DNA of 64,000 nt. It comes from Neoechinorhynchus agilis. Its lineage: Eukaryota; Animalia; Acanthocephala. The stretch lies in NCBI GenBank assembly GCA_051530055.1, contig CM121341.1, forward strand, positions 10,518,784-10,582,783, read 5' to 3'. A program made the position numbers and the translations under genes. The notes beneath the pieces are model-generated. The model did not search any database, had not been told where the DNA came from, and saw only the letters and a program-made list of their open reading frames with translations. The first letter of the stretch is position 1. Each line of letters opens with the position of its first letter. This document shows positions 47,961-59,820 of this stretch, piece after piece.

Positions 47961-49600
47961 GTAGGGTTTAGAGGCATTCTGATTGTTTGTTAAAAATCCT
48001 GCATAGACATTCGGTGAGAGGGGGAAAGTCAGTTGTGCAAATTTTAGATGCTCTTTTATGAAGGATTTCAAGACGACGGAATTGAAATTTGGGCAGCTTG
48101 CAAAAGATGGGATAACCGTAGGTGAGGGAGGGTAAAATAATGCTGAAGCAAAATTTGGAGAGATTGGCTAAAGAGATTCCTAAATGTCGGAGGCGTTTAA
48201 GGAGATAAATTCTAAAGGTGTTGCGTTTGCGGGAAAGTGTAATGTGCGAGTGCCATTTCAGATTTGATTGAAATTGGAGACCCCGAATTCGGAGTAAGGT
48301 GATTCGTCGGAAGTCATTTGCAAGATCAGAGTACGAAAATTGGTTTGCAGGAGAGTGAGGGGATCAACTCGAAGAATTTAGAGAAGTTCAGATAGCGTTT
48401 GTCATTTGTGCCGAAATCTTCGATGTTGATTATTTCGTTAGAGATTAAGGAGAGGAAGAGGTGGGATAGTGACTGATTGATGAGGGTGAGATTGTAAGCA
48501 TAAAAGAAAAGCTTAGAGTGAGACGAGAGAGGTTTAAGTTCGTTTAGGAAAATATTCAAAAGAAGAGGTGACAAGACGGCACCTTGAGGTACACCATTGG
48601 TGAGGGATAGGTTGATCGAGGCATTAACCTGGCAGTTAATCGATTGTTGGCGATTGTGAAGATAAGAAGTTAACAAGTGGATCTGCCGCCCATTTGGACC
48701 GAAGGTGTAACAGGCCTGGAGGAGTAGTGAGTGGTCTACGGAGTCAAATGCTTTCGATAAGTCCAGTGTAATGAGATGATGTTGCGTAGGAGGGTATAAT
48801 AAATGCAAATTAGGGCATCCGCTGCCGAAAATTTGGGTCAAAAGCCGAATTGCAAGGGCAATTGTTTTTGTTGAGAAGTGGAAAAAGGGAGTTTTAAAAC
48901 ATATTTCGATTATTATTAAAAGAGCTGGCAGAATGGATATTGAACCGAATGAATGGGTGGAAATCGGATGTCCATTTTTGGAAGATTTACTTTATCAGGA
49001 CGAAACTAAGGAGAGTTTTGGAGTTGACAGAAGTGTCAATTGTGGGAGTGACAATGGTTGTACTTTGAGTTTGAGCATTGGTTTTGACTTATGGAGTCTA
49101 GAAAATGTCTCATTTAAGAAGATAACGAATTTGAGAAAAGGGATCAGATTTGCGTAAAAAAAAGAGTCCTTGACTGATCGACGCACTGTTAAATTGTCAC
49201 CTGAACGTATTTTGGAGGAAAAAGCATCTTGAGGAAGTGCTTGATGGCGATGGGCCGTAGATGTTTAATCGTGCAGGAGTTTCAATATGGAGGAATCCAC
49301 GGCGGGTCATGGTTTTATATTCTAATGAAGTTCTTGGGTATTGCAAAACTTGAAGAATATTTTATGATTGAGGTTGGGGAAGATATGGCCAACGAAGGTA
49401 TTTGTGTTACCGGGGGGATGGTGAGAAGCATAAAATTGTATATGATCTCGTTTATCCCAGACGAGTAAGCGAGGTGATTTTTGACGCTCAGCTGGGATGA
49501 AGAAAAGTAGAAGAGTGGTTAGAATTCGCGGGCGGAGCCAGTCTGGAGCCGGGTGAATATTTGGAGGTGGAAAAGACCGTCAAAGTATTCATTTAAAAGG
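47961..49600 (-). mobile_element. 5'-truncated decayed L2/CR1-like element
   Basis: DLSKAFDSVDH, GVPQGAVLSPLL, FYAYNL (YADD-derived). Confidence 0.85.
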
Positions 49601-49699
49601 ATTATAATTTGCAAATAGGAACAGAATCTAAAATTTCGAACCGTTTACCGTTTTAATTTAATGAATCTAATGTTTATTATTCGGAGCAATTCTAACTGA

Positions 49700-51862
49700 T
49701 CATGGAGCACACCGTCCGGCGGTTCTTGGATAAAGGCAGACGTCTCGAATGTGGTACCGGTTAAGCAACCAAACCAAATACCTTTCAAGTCCTAAGCCAT
49801 ATCCACCATGTGGAAAATCTCCATACTTTCTTTGATCCAAATACCAATAATAAGGCTCAGGGTTTATCGCGTTTCTTTCAAATGCATCTTCTAATTCTTG
49901 ATAACCGTTCATACGCATTGATCCTCCAACAACCTCGCCAACATTTGGTAAAAGCACATCTACACTTTCAGTTAACCTCGGATCCTCCGAATCTTTCCTC
50001 ATATAAAACGCCTTGAGTTCAGCTGGGAATCGGCATAAAAGAATGGGACAACCAATCTTGTCCGTCATGGCTCGTTCTGGGGCTTCGGGAATGTCATCAC
50101 CAAAACGAAACTCGCGTTCTTCGCCATCTTCCAGACGATTCTTTATTCCATTTTGATTTAGATATTCAATAGCGTCAGAGTAGTTTAGACGCATAAAAGG
50201 ACGCTTAGGAACTTCAAATCCAGGATTAAGATCATTAAGTAGTTGCTTGCCTTCTGGGTGCTTTGTAACCCTTTCAGCTAATGATGCCGTTCTCTGGCGA
50301 TAAATAGTTTAATTTACCAACTACATTTTTTCGGAATATCGACCTGGTCAAGTAAAGACGGTAGTCTTTTCGCACAACTTTACCGAACAAAAGCAAGGAA
50401 ACGAAAACAATTATTGACTACTAAACAACTTTGAGCTAAAACAAAGCGGTAAATATAATATTAAGATTAGTAGTGAGGAGTCCTAAACGATTTTCTAACC
50501 GATTGTTCGTTCTTCGTCGATTATCTTTTTTGTAGAGCAAAATTTTAGACAAAAGAACCGAAGACTACAAGAGCATCTAAAGAAACAAATTCATCCTATG
50601 AGAATGGATTACGTCGCTTTTGAAGACTTCAAATTTAAAAGATTCTACCTAAGCTTTCTACACGAAACATTCAAAAGGAGAACATTAGCATTCTCTATCG
50701 AAATTAATTGCATGCAAATAAATTAAAAGTTCCATCTTAAACCAAAAACCCTGAAAAGAGAATAGCATACCTCTACATCAACAATTAGATCTTCGATATC
50801 ATCAAGAAGCTGACTAAAATCAATAAACGGGATTTCTCCTTCGACATGAAAGTACTCTGACAAATGTCGCCTCGTCCTTGCATTTTCCGCTCTGTAAGAA
50901 GAAATAATACAAAAAGTCCTTCCAACTGCCGGACAAACGGTCTCAAGATACAACTGACTGGATTGCGTTAAATACGCATTGGACCCGTAGTAATTGAGAT
51001 TGAACAGAGTTGCACCCCCTTCTACTTGTGTTTGAACCAAAGTCGGAGGAAAGACTTCGCAATACTTGCGATCAAAGTAATGATCCCTAAAGCATTGAGT
51101 GACAATGGAACGCATCCTTAAGATCTTCGAAGTGTTTTCTCCTCTGATCACTAAATGCCTCAAATCGAGAAGTGTATCAGGATTCGCTTCAACATTAAGA
51201 ACGGAATCAATTCCACCAGCAGGAGCCATACCCAATATTTCCAAATGGCGAACTTTCAACTCTCGTCCGCCTTCGACTGCAGTTTTTCCATCAGGAAGTT
51301 TGACAATCTGTCCAAACAACAAAGCACTGGATTCGGTAGAGATTTCATTAGCGTATTCGGCAAGTTCGTCTTGCAGAACACACTGTAGAAAACCAGTTCC
51401 GTCTCTCAATATGAGAAATGTAAGCTTTTTCGATTGTTGGCGTAACCTATGAACCCACCCATAGACCTTAACCATCGAAAGGTCAGAAGAGTTGTGGATT
51501 TCACGAATCAGAACTGCCTTTGTTTTGCTCATTTCAGCCTGATCTTCGTCCTTTGGGCTATAAGTGACAGAAGACTTTGGCATTGCTTTAGCCACTAGTG
51601 TACTAGTCTTTTGTTTTCGTTTATACTGTTCATGAATAGCAGACCATTTTTTGAATCGGCTCTTGGTTATTGGCTCAAACCCAACGCTCGCATCTTGTCT
51701 TATAAATATCGATGACATCGGGGGAAGGGCTTTTGTGGTACGAAAGGCAGCATCGAATGAAAAATACGGACTTTCTATAGTGCCATCACCTTCGTTACCA
51801 CTATCTGGGTTAAGACAGCAAATGTAAATGGGAGCTATAGATGATCCGTTCGATGCTGACAT
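49700..51862 (-). CDS. NARS1: Cytoplasmic asparaginyl-tRNA synthetase (copy 1), one intron at ~50282-50776
   Basis: VYGWVHRLR, FLILRDGTGFLQCV, PTLVQTQVEGG, YLTQSSQLYLE, YRAE..RTRRHLSEYFHVE, GEVVGGSMR, YWYLDQRKYG, GYGLGLER, LYPRT..RCAP. Confidence 0.96.
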
Positions 51863-52989
51863 CTAAAAACTTCAGACTTTGTAATTCCGAAACGTTGACA
51901 ATGTAAAATGCATATAAAAAGACTAAATTTTGAGAATTATCGTTTAGAAATCGATAGGAAATGTTCAGCATGATCAACCAATTTAGATTTTTCAAAGGAA
52001 TAAAAAATAGTCCCAATCATCGTCGTTGGTTGCCTCGGATTCTAGGATCCGTCAATGTTTTCGTCTGTGTTCTTGTATGGGAGAGCAATCCAATAACGAT
52101 GTTTGGCATTGGGGATTATTCATGATGTTTACTGGATGGTCTCCTGTCTTGCCGAAACGCTTTTTGGTCCTGGTTCATAAATGCTTTCAATGTTTTAAAA
52201 TCTAAGTTTGTTTGGGCGTTGAATTCTGTTGCTGAGTCGGATATTATAAGCGATCAGCTTCTTCATTATCATATTCGTCTGACCAAATCGATCCGTCGTA
52301 CCGGGACCACCAATTGTCGTAATTTTTCCATTCAGAATGTTATTAAAACTATGCCACGAGCCAGAAACAAACTGTTCGCTTGATCCACCCAGATTCTTAA
52401 TTATGTGAACAGTTTAATCGTCTTTTCCGATTGCTCCAAAAGTTTTCTGACCACTTTTATATACGTTGACTGCACCGTAGAAATTCTCGTGACCACCATT
52501 GTTAAAGTTTGACATTCCCATGAATGGAGTTTGGAATGCGTTTCCGATACCAAACGATCCATCACTCATTTCTATTGCGGATGAATTAATTCAGTATTAA
52601 AGGTACAAGGAATAAATTACTGCTTATGGCATTCATGATCATTGAAGTTTTTCACAAATGCAACAAAGTTAGTCATCTTACCGAAGCGAAGACAATTAAG
52701 TAAAGACGAGCGATTACTTTATCGTCCTTAGGAGAGCGAGACGGGCGGATGCTAAAGCATCAGCTTGGGTAAACACCGTTATTCGAATAAACAGCCGATT
52801 CGTAAAGTTATCGGACATTCTGATTTGTTCTGTTTTCATTAGTCGACGATGTTGCGGTCGCCTCCGATTTAAATGGATTTCAGGTGTTTTATTGACTGAT
52901 GTTTTATATTTGTGAAAAACGACTAAAGAGAATCAATATTTTCATCCAAGTGATTATTTAATTTTGGTTTAACATGCAAAAAATTTTCC

Positions 52990-55960
52990 CGTAGTTATTC
53001 GTTTTATTTTAAAGATATAACATAATTATTCGTCGTTCTCGTCCTCAATTGTCGCCTGAATGCTTGCAGTGTTGCCTCTCAACACGGCGTTGCTGATATT
53101 TTGACCTGACCTTGCATCACCGGTTGTAACCTGAAGGCGTCGCTTCAGATCCTTCAGAAGTTAAAGAGCCTCGCTACCAAGAAATCCGTAGGTCTCAACC
53201 CCAAAAGGTACAAACACATGTTCCCGGGCTAAATCGAGGTATTTCGCCATTTTCCGTCCTTCCGCCGCGCTCGCTGAACATCCAGCTTGAATAACCGAGA
53301 ACTTGAGATTGCTGGCCTTGAGTGTATCGACGCAAATGGCGTCCCAGAGGTGGCATTTACCCTTCCGCCACGGAAATGCGGTCACCCCATCAGGTCTACG
53401 CCCGTCGTGTACAGGTTCCAAAATATTAGGAGTGGAATGTACCGTAGCAATTGCCCGGCTCAGCACCGTGTTAATTTCGGCTTGTCTTGCGAATCTGCCG
53501 GCTGATTTTCTACAGATAAGACCATGACCTCCCGACGAATCCATATTTGTGTCGCAGCGACAATGGTGGGGATGACATATCGGTAGTCCTAGTCTCATTG
53601 AAACTGCGACCCGTACTGCCTCGTCGGAGAGGAGAGTACCCACGGATGCCAGCGGGACCGCGTTCAACCAAGCGCCTGATTCTCTACTGGAGACTGCCAA
53701 CAACCTGGCACGGGCAACGTCGTCGCTTGAGTCTGATAAGAGAGAGCTTTGAACTCTTGCGACGAGAGGTCGATCCCACATAGAATGTTTTTGGCCATTC
53801 ACAGGTACTTGACCGGAGTTGGTCAGTGTACACCACTCACTGATTCCCTCTTCAAAATGCCTATCAATACGACAAGTAGATTTCAAAATGCGCTGAATTG
53901 TGCTTCTGCTTCCTTCATAGGAGCCTAAAAATGCGGGCAGGGATATGTCTGCTGTTTTCCGGATACCCAACCCGCCAGAAGATACAGGCAAGGATGCTTG
54001 TCGCCATGCCTTTTCTAGCAGCTGGACATTTAAAACTTGCTCGAGACAGTCCTTCAATCTATCATCTAGATTGCCAAGCGGAACATTGTGCTTGAAAAAC
54101 AGCGCCGTGCGTAGAGCACAAAGGAACTTGGGGATGAAGAGAATGTTCTTTATCAAGAACAGAACCTCGTGTGATCCAAGCTCACAGACCCTATCGCAAA
54201 GCACCGATAATTTCTTTAGAAGGCTGTTAATTTCGTTTTCTACATTCCCATCAAATGCGCAACTGCCCAAAAGCTTAGGCCGGTCAAGGTCAATCATTTC
54301 TATCCCGGGTGTAACATTTTCAAAGTTGCGCTTTATTACGTCCTTTGCAGGACCCCTCTCTATGTTACGGAATAGAATTTCGCACTTTTCTGTGTTCAAT
54401 TCAATGCCCAACTTGCTTGCCCTCATCTTGATTTTCTCCAGGTCACGGACAACTACCTGGTGATCGCCTCCTAGCGTAGCATCGTCCAGGAACCAGGCAT
54501 TGAATTCGGCATTTTTCTAATGCGCTAATTCGTTCACTGTGAGCGCAAAATCAATGGGACCTAATGGGTCTCCCGGTTCAACGCCTCTCTCGGAAGGAAT
54601 GATGTGATCGTTGAATACAAGAGGGGTCGCACCTAGTTGAACTGGACGAAGAATTTCAGCAACACCTTCTGAGATTCGCCTAGAATTCACTTTCCCTGCT
54701 AGTTGTCTCAATGTAGAGCCAATCGCGATGGGACGAATCCCACCGTTCTTCTTTTCTAAAGCGCAGAGGGAAGCACATAAAAACAATTCGATCGCTTTGG
54801 GGGACAGGCTGACTCCAGAAAAAACGCCGACTAACTGAGTAAAGGCGTTCAGGAGAACATGGGATGGTTCACCTACGGAGAAGGACATCATGTCCTTTAG
54901 GTGCCGAAGCCCGTCGAGCCCATCGGCTGACCCATTTGCGAACGAAGAAACGGCTTTCTTAACAACATCAACCGAAAATTCTAACGGGGTGCACGAGGGG
55001 ATCATCTCCGAGTATTCCAGATGACCAATGGGTCGAGGATGTTTCTCTCTGAGAAGTTGGTGAGTTTTCGTATCATCGCTTGCAAATTCGTTGGTGGATG
55101 ATAGAATGCGAACCACGCCTCTCACATCACCATCGGCGAGTTTAGAAGACACTCTCTGGTTCATTGAACGGGTTTAAACTCGGCTCGGATTCGGTGGCCT
55201 TGAAAAAAATTTCCCCTAAAAACGTGAGCTTTTAGTATTGTCGAAGGACACCCGGTTTTGGATGAGGGTAACAAGGGACACGTCAGATGGTACTCCAATA
55301 CACCAGTCTCGGGAAAGCGAAAAGGTGTGTCCAAGATATTTCGGTATTTGTCTCGAGACAGTCGCTCAGCAGGGCTGAATATCTCTTCGCTAGTTGAAAT
55401 CGAGCGCCCTTTGGGGTCCGCTTCAGGATGTTTCTGGGCAAAACGCGCACGATCTCCACCAACGAAGGGGTGCAATGGACGATGTTTTGGATGTTCTGAC
55501 GAGGTTCATTGAGCTGAGGAGCTGAGTTTGCTAGCATAAGGCCGGAACCAACACATCGGGAATCCCTTGAGCCGTGAGTCCAAAATTCTCCCCTTTCGTA
55601 ATTTTGATCTGCTTGTCACAGAACGGTCAATTATGTGTTGAGACCTTCGGAACTTGGGCAGCATTGGCCTCAGCGTCCAGAGTGAGTGAAATTTCCTTTT
55701 GCCGCTTGTTCTCTACAGGTTGTTCGGACCAAAGTTGATTTTGTGAATTTGCAGCGTCGGTCCTCTCGTGATCCGCGTGATCAACAGGTGGCGCGTTGAG
55801 GGGGCCGTCGTCAGCAGCGTCGGGCGACGCGGTGCGACATGCGGCGAATCGTGGTTTGCTGAAATGGTTAAGTCCCGAGTGAATGAGGGGACGGCAATAG
55901 AATCATTGACAATGCAAATTCCATTTGTTCGGTTTCGCTTTGTTCCGAAAAATTGCACCA
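52990..55960 (-). mobile_element. Near-full-length decayed CRE-clade non-LTR retrotransposon (RT + CCHC + restriction-like endonuclease)
   Basis: GGIRPIAIG, GVEPGDPLGP, FLDDAT, WRQASLPVSSGGLGIR, CHPHHCRC...HGLIC, RPDG, WDAICVDT, E.RK..KY, PFGVETYG. Confidence 0.88.
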
Positions 55961-56060
55961 ATATGCCGCTCTTCCGAAGGTCTCAACACATAATTGACCG
56001 TTCTGTGACAAGCAGATCAAAATTACGAAAGGGGAGAATTTTGGACTCACGGCTCAAGGG

Positions 56061-56110
56061 AAAGCGAATTAGCGACTTTCAAGATTATTTGAAAGTCGCT
56101 AATTCGCTTT
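56061..56110. repeat. Perfect 22-bp inverted repeat (6-nt loop)
   Basis: AAAGCGAATTAGCGACTTTCAA gattat TTGAAAGTCGCTAATTCGCTTT. Confidence 0.95.
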
Positions 56111-56232
56111 TGTTACTGAACTTTTTATCAATCGTGTAGCGTTGTATCACGAGTACCCTTTTCCTTAAGTCGTATTCCACAAATTTTTTAATTTTACTAA
56201 TTTAAGCCGATTCTCGTAGCGTCAAAAACAAA

Positions 56233-57120
56233 TCATTGGACATGAGAAAGTTTCAACTTCCAAAATGCTTTAACACGTTCAACCCATATACTCCAATATA
56301 AATGACATTGGGCTTCACTCATTTGTAGCACTGTTCCTTTACTACCGTCGGTAAACGCATATACAAGGGTGCCTCTAATATCTTTTCTTTTTAAAGAATG
56401 TCTTAAAGCGCCGATATACGCTGCCATTTGAACAGGGTAATCAAACGATTCCGAAATTCGTTTCGGTCGATTTTTTCGATCACTTGTTTTCCATTCAATA
56501 ATGCTTAAAGGAGCTTCTTCTTCTTTCAAAGAAAGACGACCGACACAATCCACTACACCTCTATAGCACAGAACTGGATGACTTACAGGTTGCTCCAGAA
56601 AAGATGGCTTCTCGGCTAACACACGTTCGGATGTGCATAATTGAACACTTGACCAAAGCTTCATAACCGATTGATCGGTACTCACAGCGTCAGGTTTGTT
56701 TAAACGGTCCACAACGAACTCATGAAATGTCCGTCCTCTTTGTAGTATTTGTTTCTCATGCTCTTTAAACTTGTCAACGCCCATCTCCTTCTCTTTTCGC
56801 TTTCTCCAATTTTCTAAACGTAAACGGTCTTCTTCCGATTGAGTAAGATTAAGAATCTCAGAAACACTGGGGTAATCAACTTCATTTAACCAACAAGAGG
56901 TTGCTGTTTGCCCATTACTGACCAAAGATAGGGGAAGTGTCTTCGGCAGAGAAGTAAAGATCGATTGAATCGTTTTATGGGATAATTGTGATTTCGGAAC
57001 ATGTAATTTTTCCACCGGCTTATTCGTAGTCGAAACTCGGACAGTTGGACCGTAACGTAAATAAGTTTCTTTTCGGAAGGTTATCAGTGATTTCAAATCT
57101 TTTACTGTCTTCAATTTCAT
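56233..57120 (-). CDS. MGME1: Mitochondrial genome maintenance exonuclease 1 (PD-(D/E)xK)
   Basis: PSVSEIL..T, RGRTFHE, SHPVLCYRGVVDCV, IEWKTS, YPVQMAAYIGA. Confidence 0.88.
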   Translation of the reverse strand: MKLKTVKDLKSLITFRKETYLRYGPTVRVSTTNKPVEKLHVPKSQLSHKTIQSIFTSLPKTLPLSLVSNGQTATSCWLNEVDYPSVSEILNLTQSEEDRLRLENWRKRKEKEMGVDKFKEHEKQILQRGRTFHEFVVDRLNKPDAVSTDQSVMKLWSSVQLCTSERVLAEKPSFLEQPVSHPVLCYRGVVDCVGRLSLKEEEAPLSIIEWKTSDRKNRPKRISESFDYPVQMAAYIGALRHSLKRKDIRGTLVYAFTDGSKGTVLQMSEAQCHLYWSIWVERVKAFWKLKLSHVQ

Positions 57121-57269
57121 CTAGAAATACAATGATCAAGCAAAAGCATTTTACGAAAAACTTCGTATCTCCTGCGAAAACTTTCAATAACAATTAAAAT
57201 ATATTTTTAAGTGTTGCAGGCAACCCTTTCCTGGCTGATTATTTTCTGATTCAATTATTTCCCTGACCC

Positions 57270-57385
57270 AGATCAGTGGGCTGTGTACTAAAGGAAAACT
57301 ATCAGCCTGATAAAGGATGTTCACAACATTTACAAAAAATATGTACCCGGCTAGCAAGACATAAGATAAAATTCAAATTATGTCA
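57270..57385 (-). mobile_element. End fragment of the TIR-bounded element family
   Basis: GGAAAACTATCAGCC..AAGGATGTTCACAACA matches the terminus and flank of copy 2 (2440-2530, 2890-2930). Confidence 0.5.
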
Positions 57386-57661
57386 AATTTTGCGACCCCA
57401 ATTAAGTGCTCTTGAAGAATGGGAGGTATTTCCGAATGAAAACGGTCGTATTTCGCTTAAAAGTTAAAACATAGACTTACTTTTCGAGAGATCTTCGCAG
57501 TCCAGCGGTTAACATTAAATCATTACGTATCGATCACTGATATCTCAATGAAAAAATTTCAACCGTCGTAACTAAATCGCGTTGTTATTACTGAAAAAGT
57601 TCTGGTTTTTAAACTGTCACTTGGACGGGCTGTTGTAGTGATAAAGAAAACGAAAATCTTT

Positions 57662-57890
57662 ATTTTCGAGCTTTCGCTGTTCAACTGCTACCTCGGGAAT
57701 CTACAAAGGCGCGTTGAGATGTGAAGAGTGTTTAGTAGTTGCGTAGCATTGTCGAGCTGGTGTCCAGAACTCTCTCGCGCATTTTCTGCGGAAACGCCAT
57801 CCCCTTCCAAGCGCCAGGGATAAAATAATCTCATCTTCTCAGATTCGACGCATTAAAAATGCTGCCAAAATTGCATTAATAATAACACAT
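57662..57890 (-). mobile_element. CRE-like fragment shared with 31654-31925
   Basis: AACTGCTACCTCGGGAATCTACAAAGGCGCGTTGAGATGTGAAG is identical in both places. Confidence 0.55.
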
Positions 57891-57899
57891 TTTCTCGAG

Positions 57900-59820
57900 T
57901 TCTGATAGGATAAATGAATGTGGTTGTTTATTTTGGAGTAGATTACGAGTCCGGTTGGGTGGGAAGCACGGTCGGGTGGGAATTGGTGGTTATTGCTTGC
58001 ATGAGCGCTTGTAAGGTCGGTCTTTCCTCAGGTTATGATATCCGAGAGAAGATTGGGCAGCATGGAAAAAGGAGCGTAGGTATAGGGAGGTGCGAGGTTG
58101 ATGGATGATGAAATGAATTGGGAGTACGAGTGTTGTGCTCGTGTGAAAAGGGGAATAAAATGTTGTAAAAAATTGTGGTGGTAGGGTTTAGAGGCATTCT
58201 GATTGTTTGTTAAAAATCCTGCATAGACATTCGGTGAGAGGGGGAAAGTCAGTTGTGCAAATTTTAGATGCTCTTTTATGAAGGATTTCAAGACGACGGA
58301 ATTGAAATTTGGACAGCTTGCAAAAGATGGGATAACCGTAGGTGAGGGAGGGTAAAATAATGCTGAAGCAAAATTTGGAGAGATTGGCTAAAGAGATTCC
58401 TAAATGTCGGAGGCGTTTAAGGAGATAAATTCTAAAGGTGTTGCGTTTGCGGGAAAGTGTAATGTGCAAGTGCCATTTCAGATTTGATTGAAATTGGAGA
58501 CCCCGAATTCGGAGTAAGGTGATTCGTCGGAAGTCATTTGCAAGATCAGAGTACGAAAATTGGTTTGCAGGAGAGTGAGGGGATCAACTCGAAGAATTTA
58601 GAGAAGTTCAGATAGCGTTTGTCATTTGTGCCGAAATCTTCGATGTTGATTATTTCGTTAGAGATTAAGGAGAGGAAGAGGTGGGATAGTGACTGATTGA
58701 TGAGGGTGAGATTGTAAGCATAAAAGAAAAGCTTAGAGTGAGACGAGAGAGGTTTAAGTTCGTTTAGGAAAATATTCAAAAGAAGAGGTGACAAGACGGC
58801 ACCTTGAGGTACACCATTGGTGAGGGATAGGTTGATCGAGGCATTAACCTGGCAGTTAATCGATTGTTGGCGATTGTGAAGATAAGAAGTTAACAAGTGG
58901 ATCTGCCGCCCATTTGGACCGAAGGTGTAACAGGCCTGGAGGAGTAGTGAGTGGTCTACGGAGTCAAATGCTTTCGATAAGTCCAGTGTAATGAGATGAT
59001 GTTGCGTAGGAGGGTATAATAAATGCAAATTAGGGCATCCGCTGCCGAAAATTTGGGTCAAAAGCCGAATTGCAAGGGCAATTGTTTTTGTTGAGAAGTG
59101 GAAAAAGGGAGTTTTAAAACATATTTTGATTATTATTAAAAGAGCTGGCAGAATGGATATTGAACCGAATGAATGGGTGGAAATCGGATGTCCATTTTTG
59201 GAAGATTTACTTTATCAGGACGAAACTAAGGAGAGTTTTGGAGTTGACAGAAGTGTCAATTGTGGGAGTGACAATGGTTGTACTTTGAGTTTGAGCATTG
59301 GTTTTGACTTATGGAGTCTAGAAAATGTCTCATTTAAGAAGATAACGAATTTGAGAAAAGGGATCAGATTTGCGTAAAAAAAGAGTCCTTGACTGATCGA
59401 CGCACTGTTAAATTGTCACCTGAACGTATTTTGGAGGAAAAAGCATCTTGAGGAAGTGCTTGATGGCGATGGGCCGTAGATGTTTAATCGTGCAGGAGTT
59501 TCAATATGGAGGAATCCACGGTGGGTCATGGTTTTATATTCTAATGAAGTTCTTGGGTATTGCAAAACTTGAAGAATATTTTATGATTGAGGTTGGGGAA
59601 GATATGGCCAACGAAGGTATTTGTGTTACCGGGGGGATGGTGAGAAGCATAAAATTGTATATGATCTCGTTTATCCCAGACGAGTAAGCGAGGTGATTTT
59701 TGACGCTCAGCTGGGATGAAGAAAAGTAGAAGAGTGGTTAGAATTCGCGGGCGGAGCCAGTCTGGAGCCGGGTGAATATTTGGAGGTGGAAAAGACCGTC
59801 AAAGTATTCATTTAAAAGGA
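57900..59820 (-). mobile_element. 5'-truncated L2/CR1-like element retaining its 3' end
   Basis: Same as 47961-49600 but extends ~280 bp further to the element tail. Confidence 0.85.

Larger units (their letters stand above)
47959..52150. repeat. Direct segmental duplication, copy 1 (partner 58179-62369)
   Basis: Offset 10219-10220 throughout; includes the L2 fragment, NARS and an RTE-like fragment. Confidence 0.95.

Noticed and set aside
52190-52640. G/N/F-rich minus-strand frame with a canonical-looking intron
   Set aside because: It has an internal stop and no recognisable family, which is insufficient to call.
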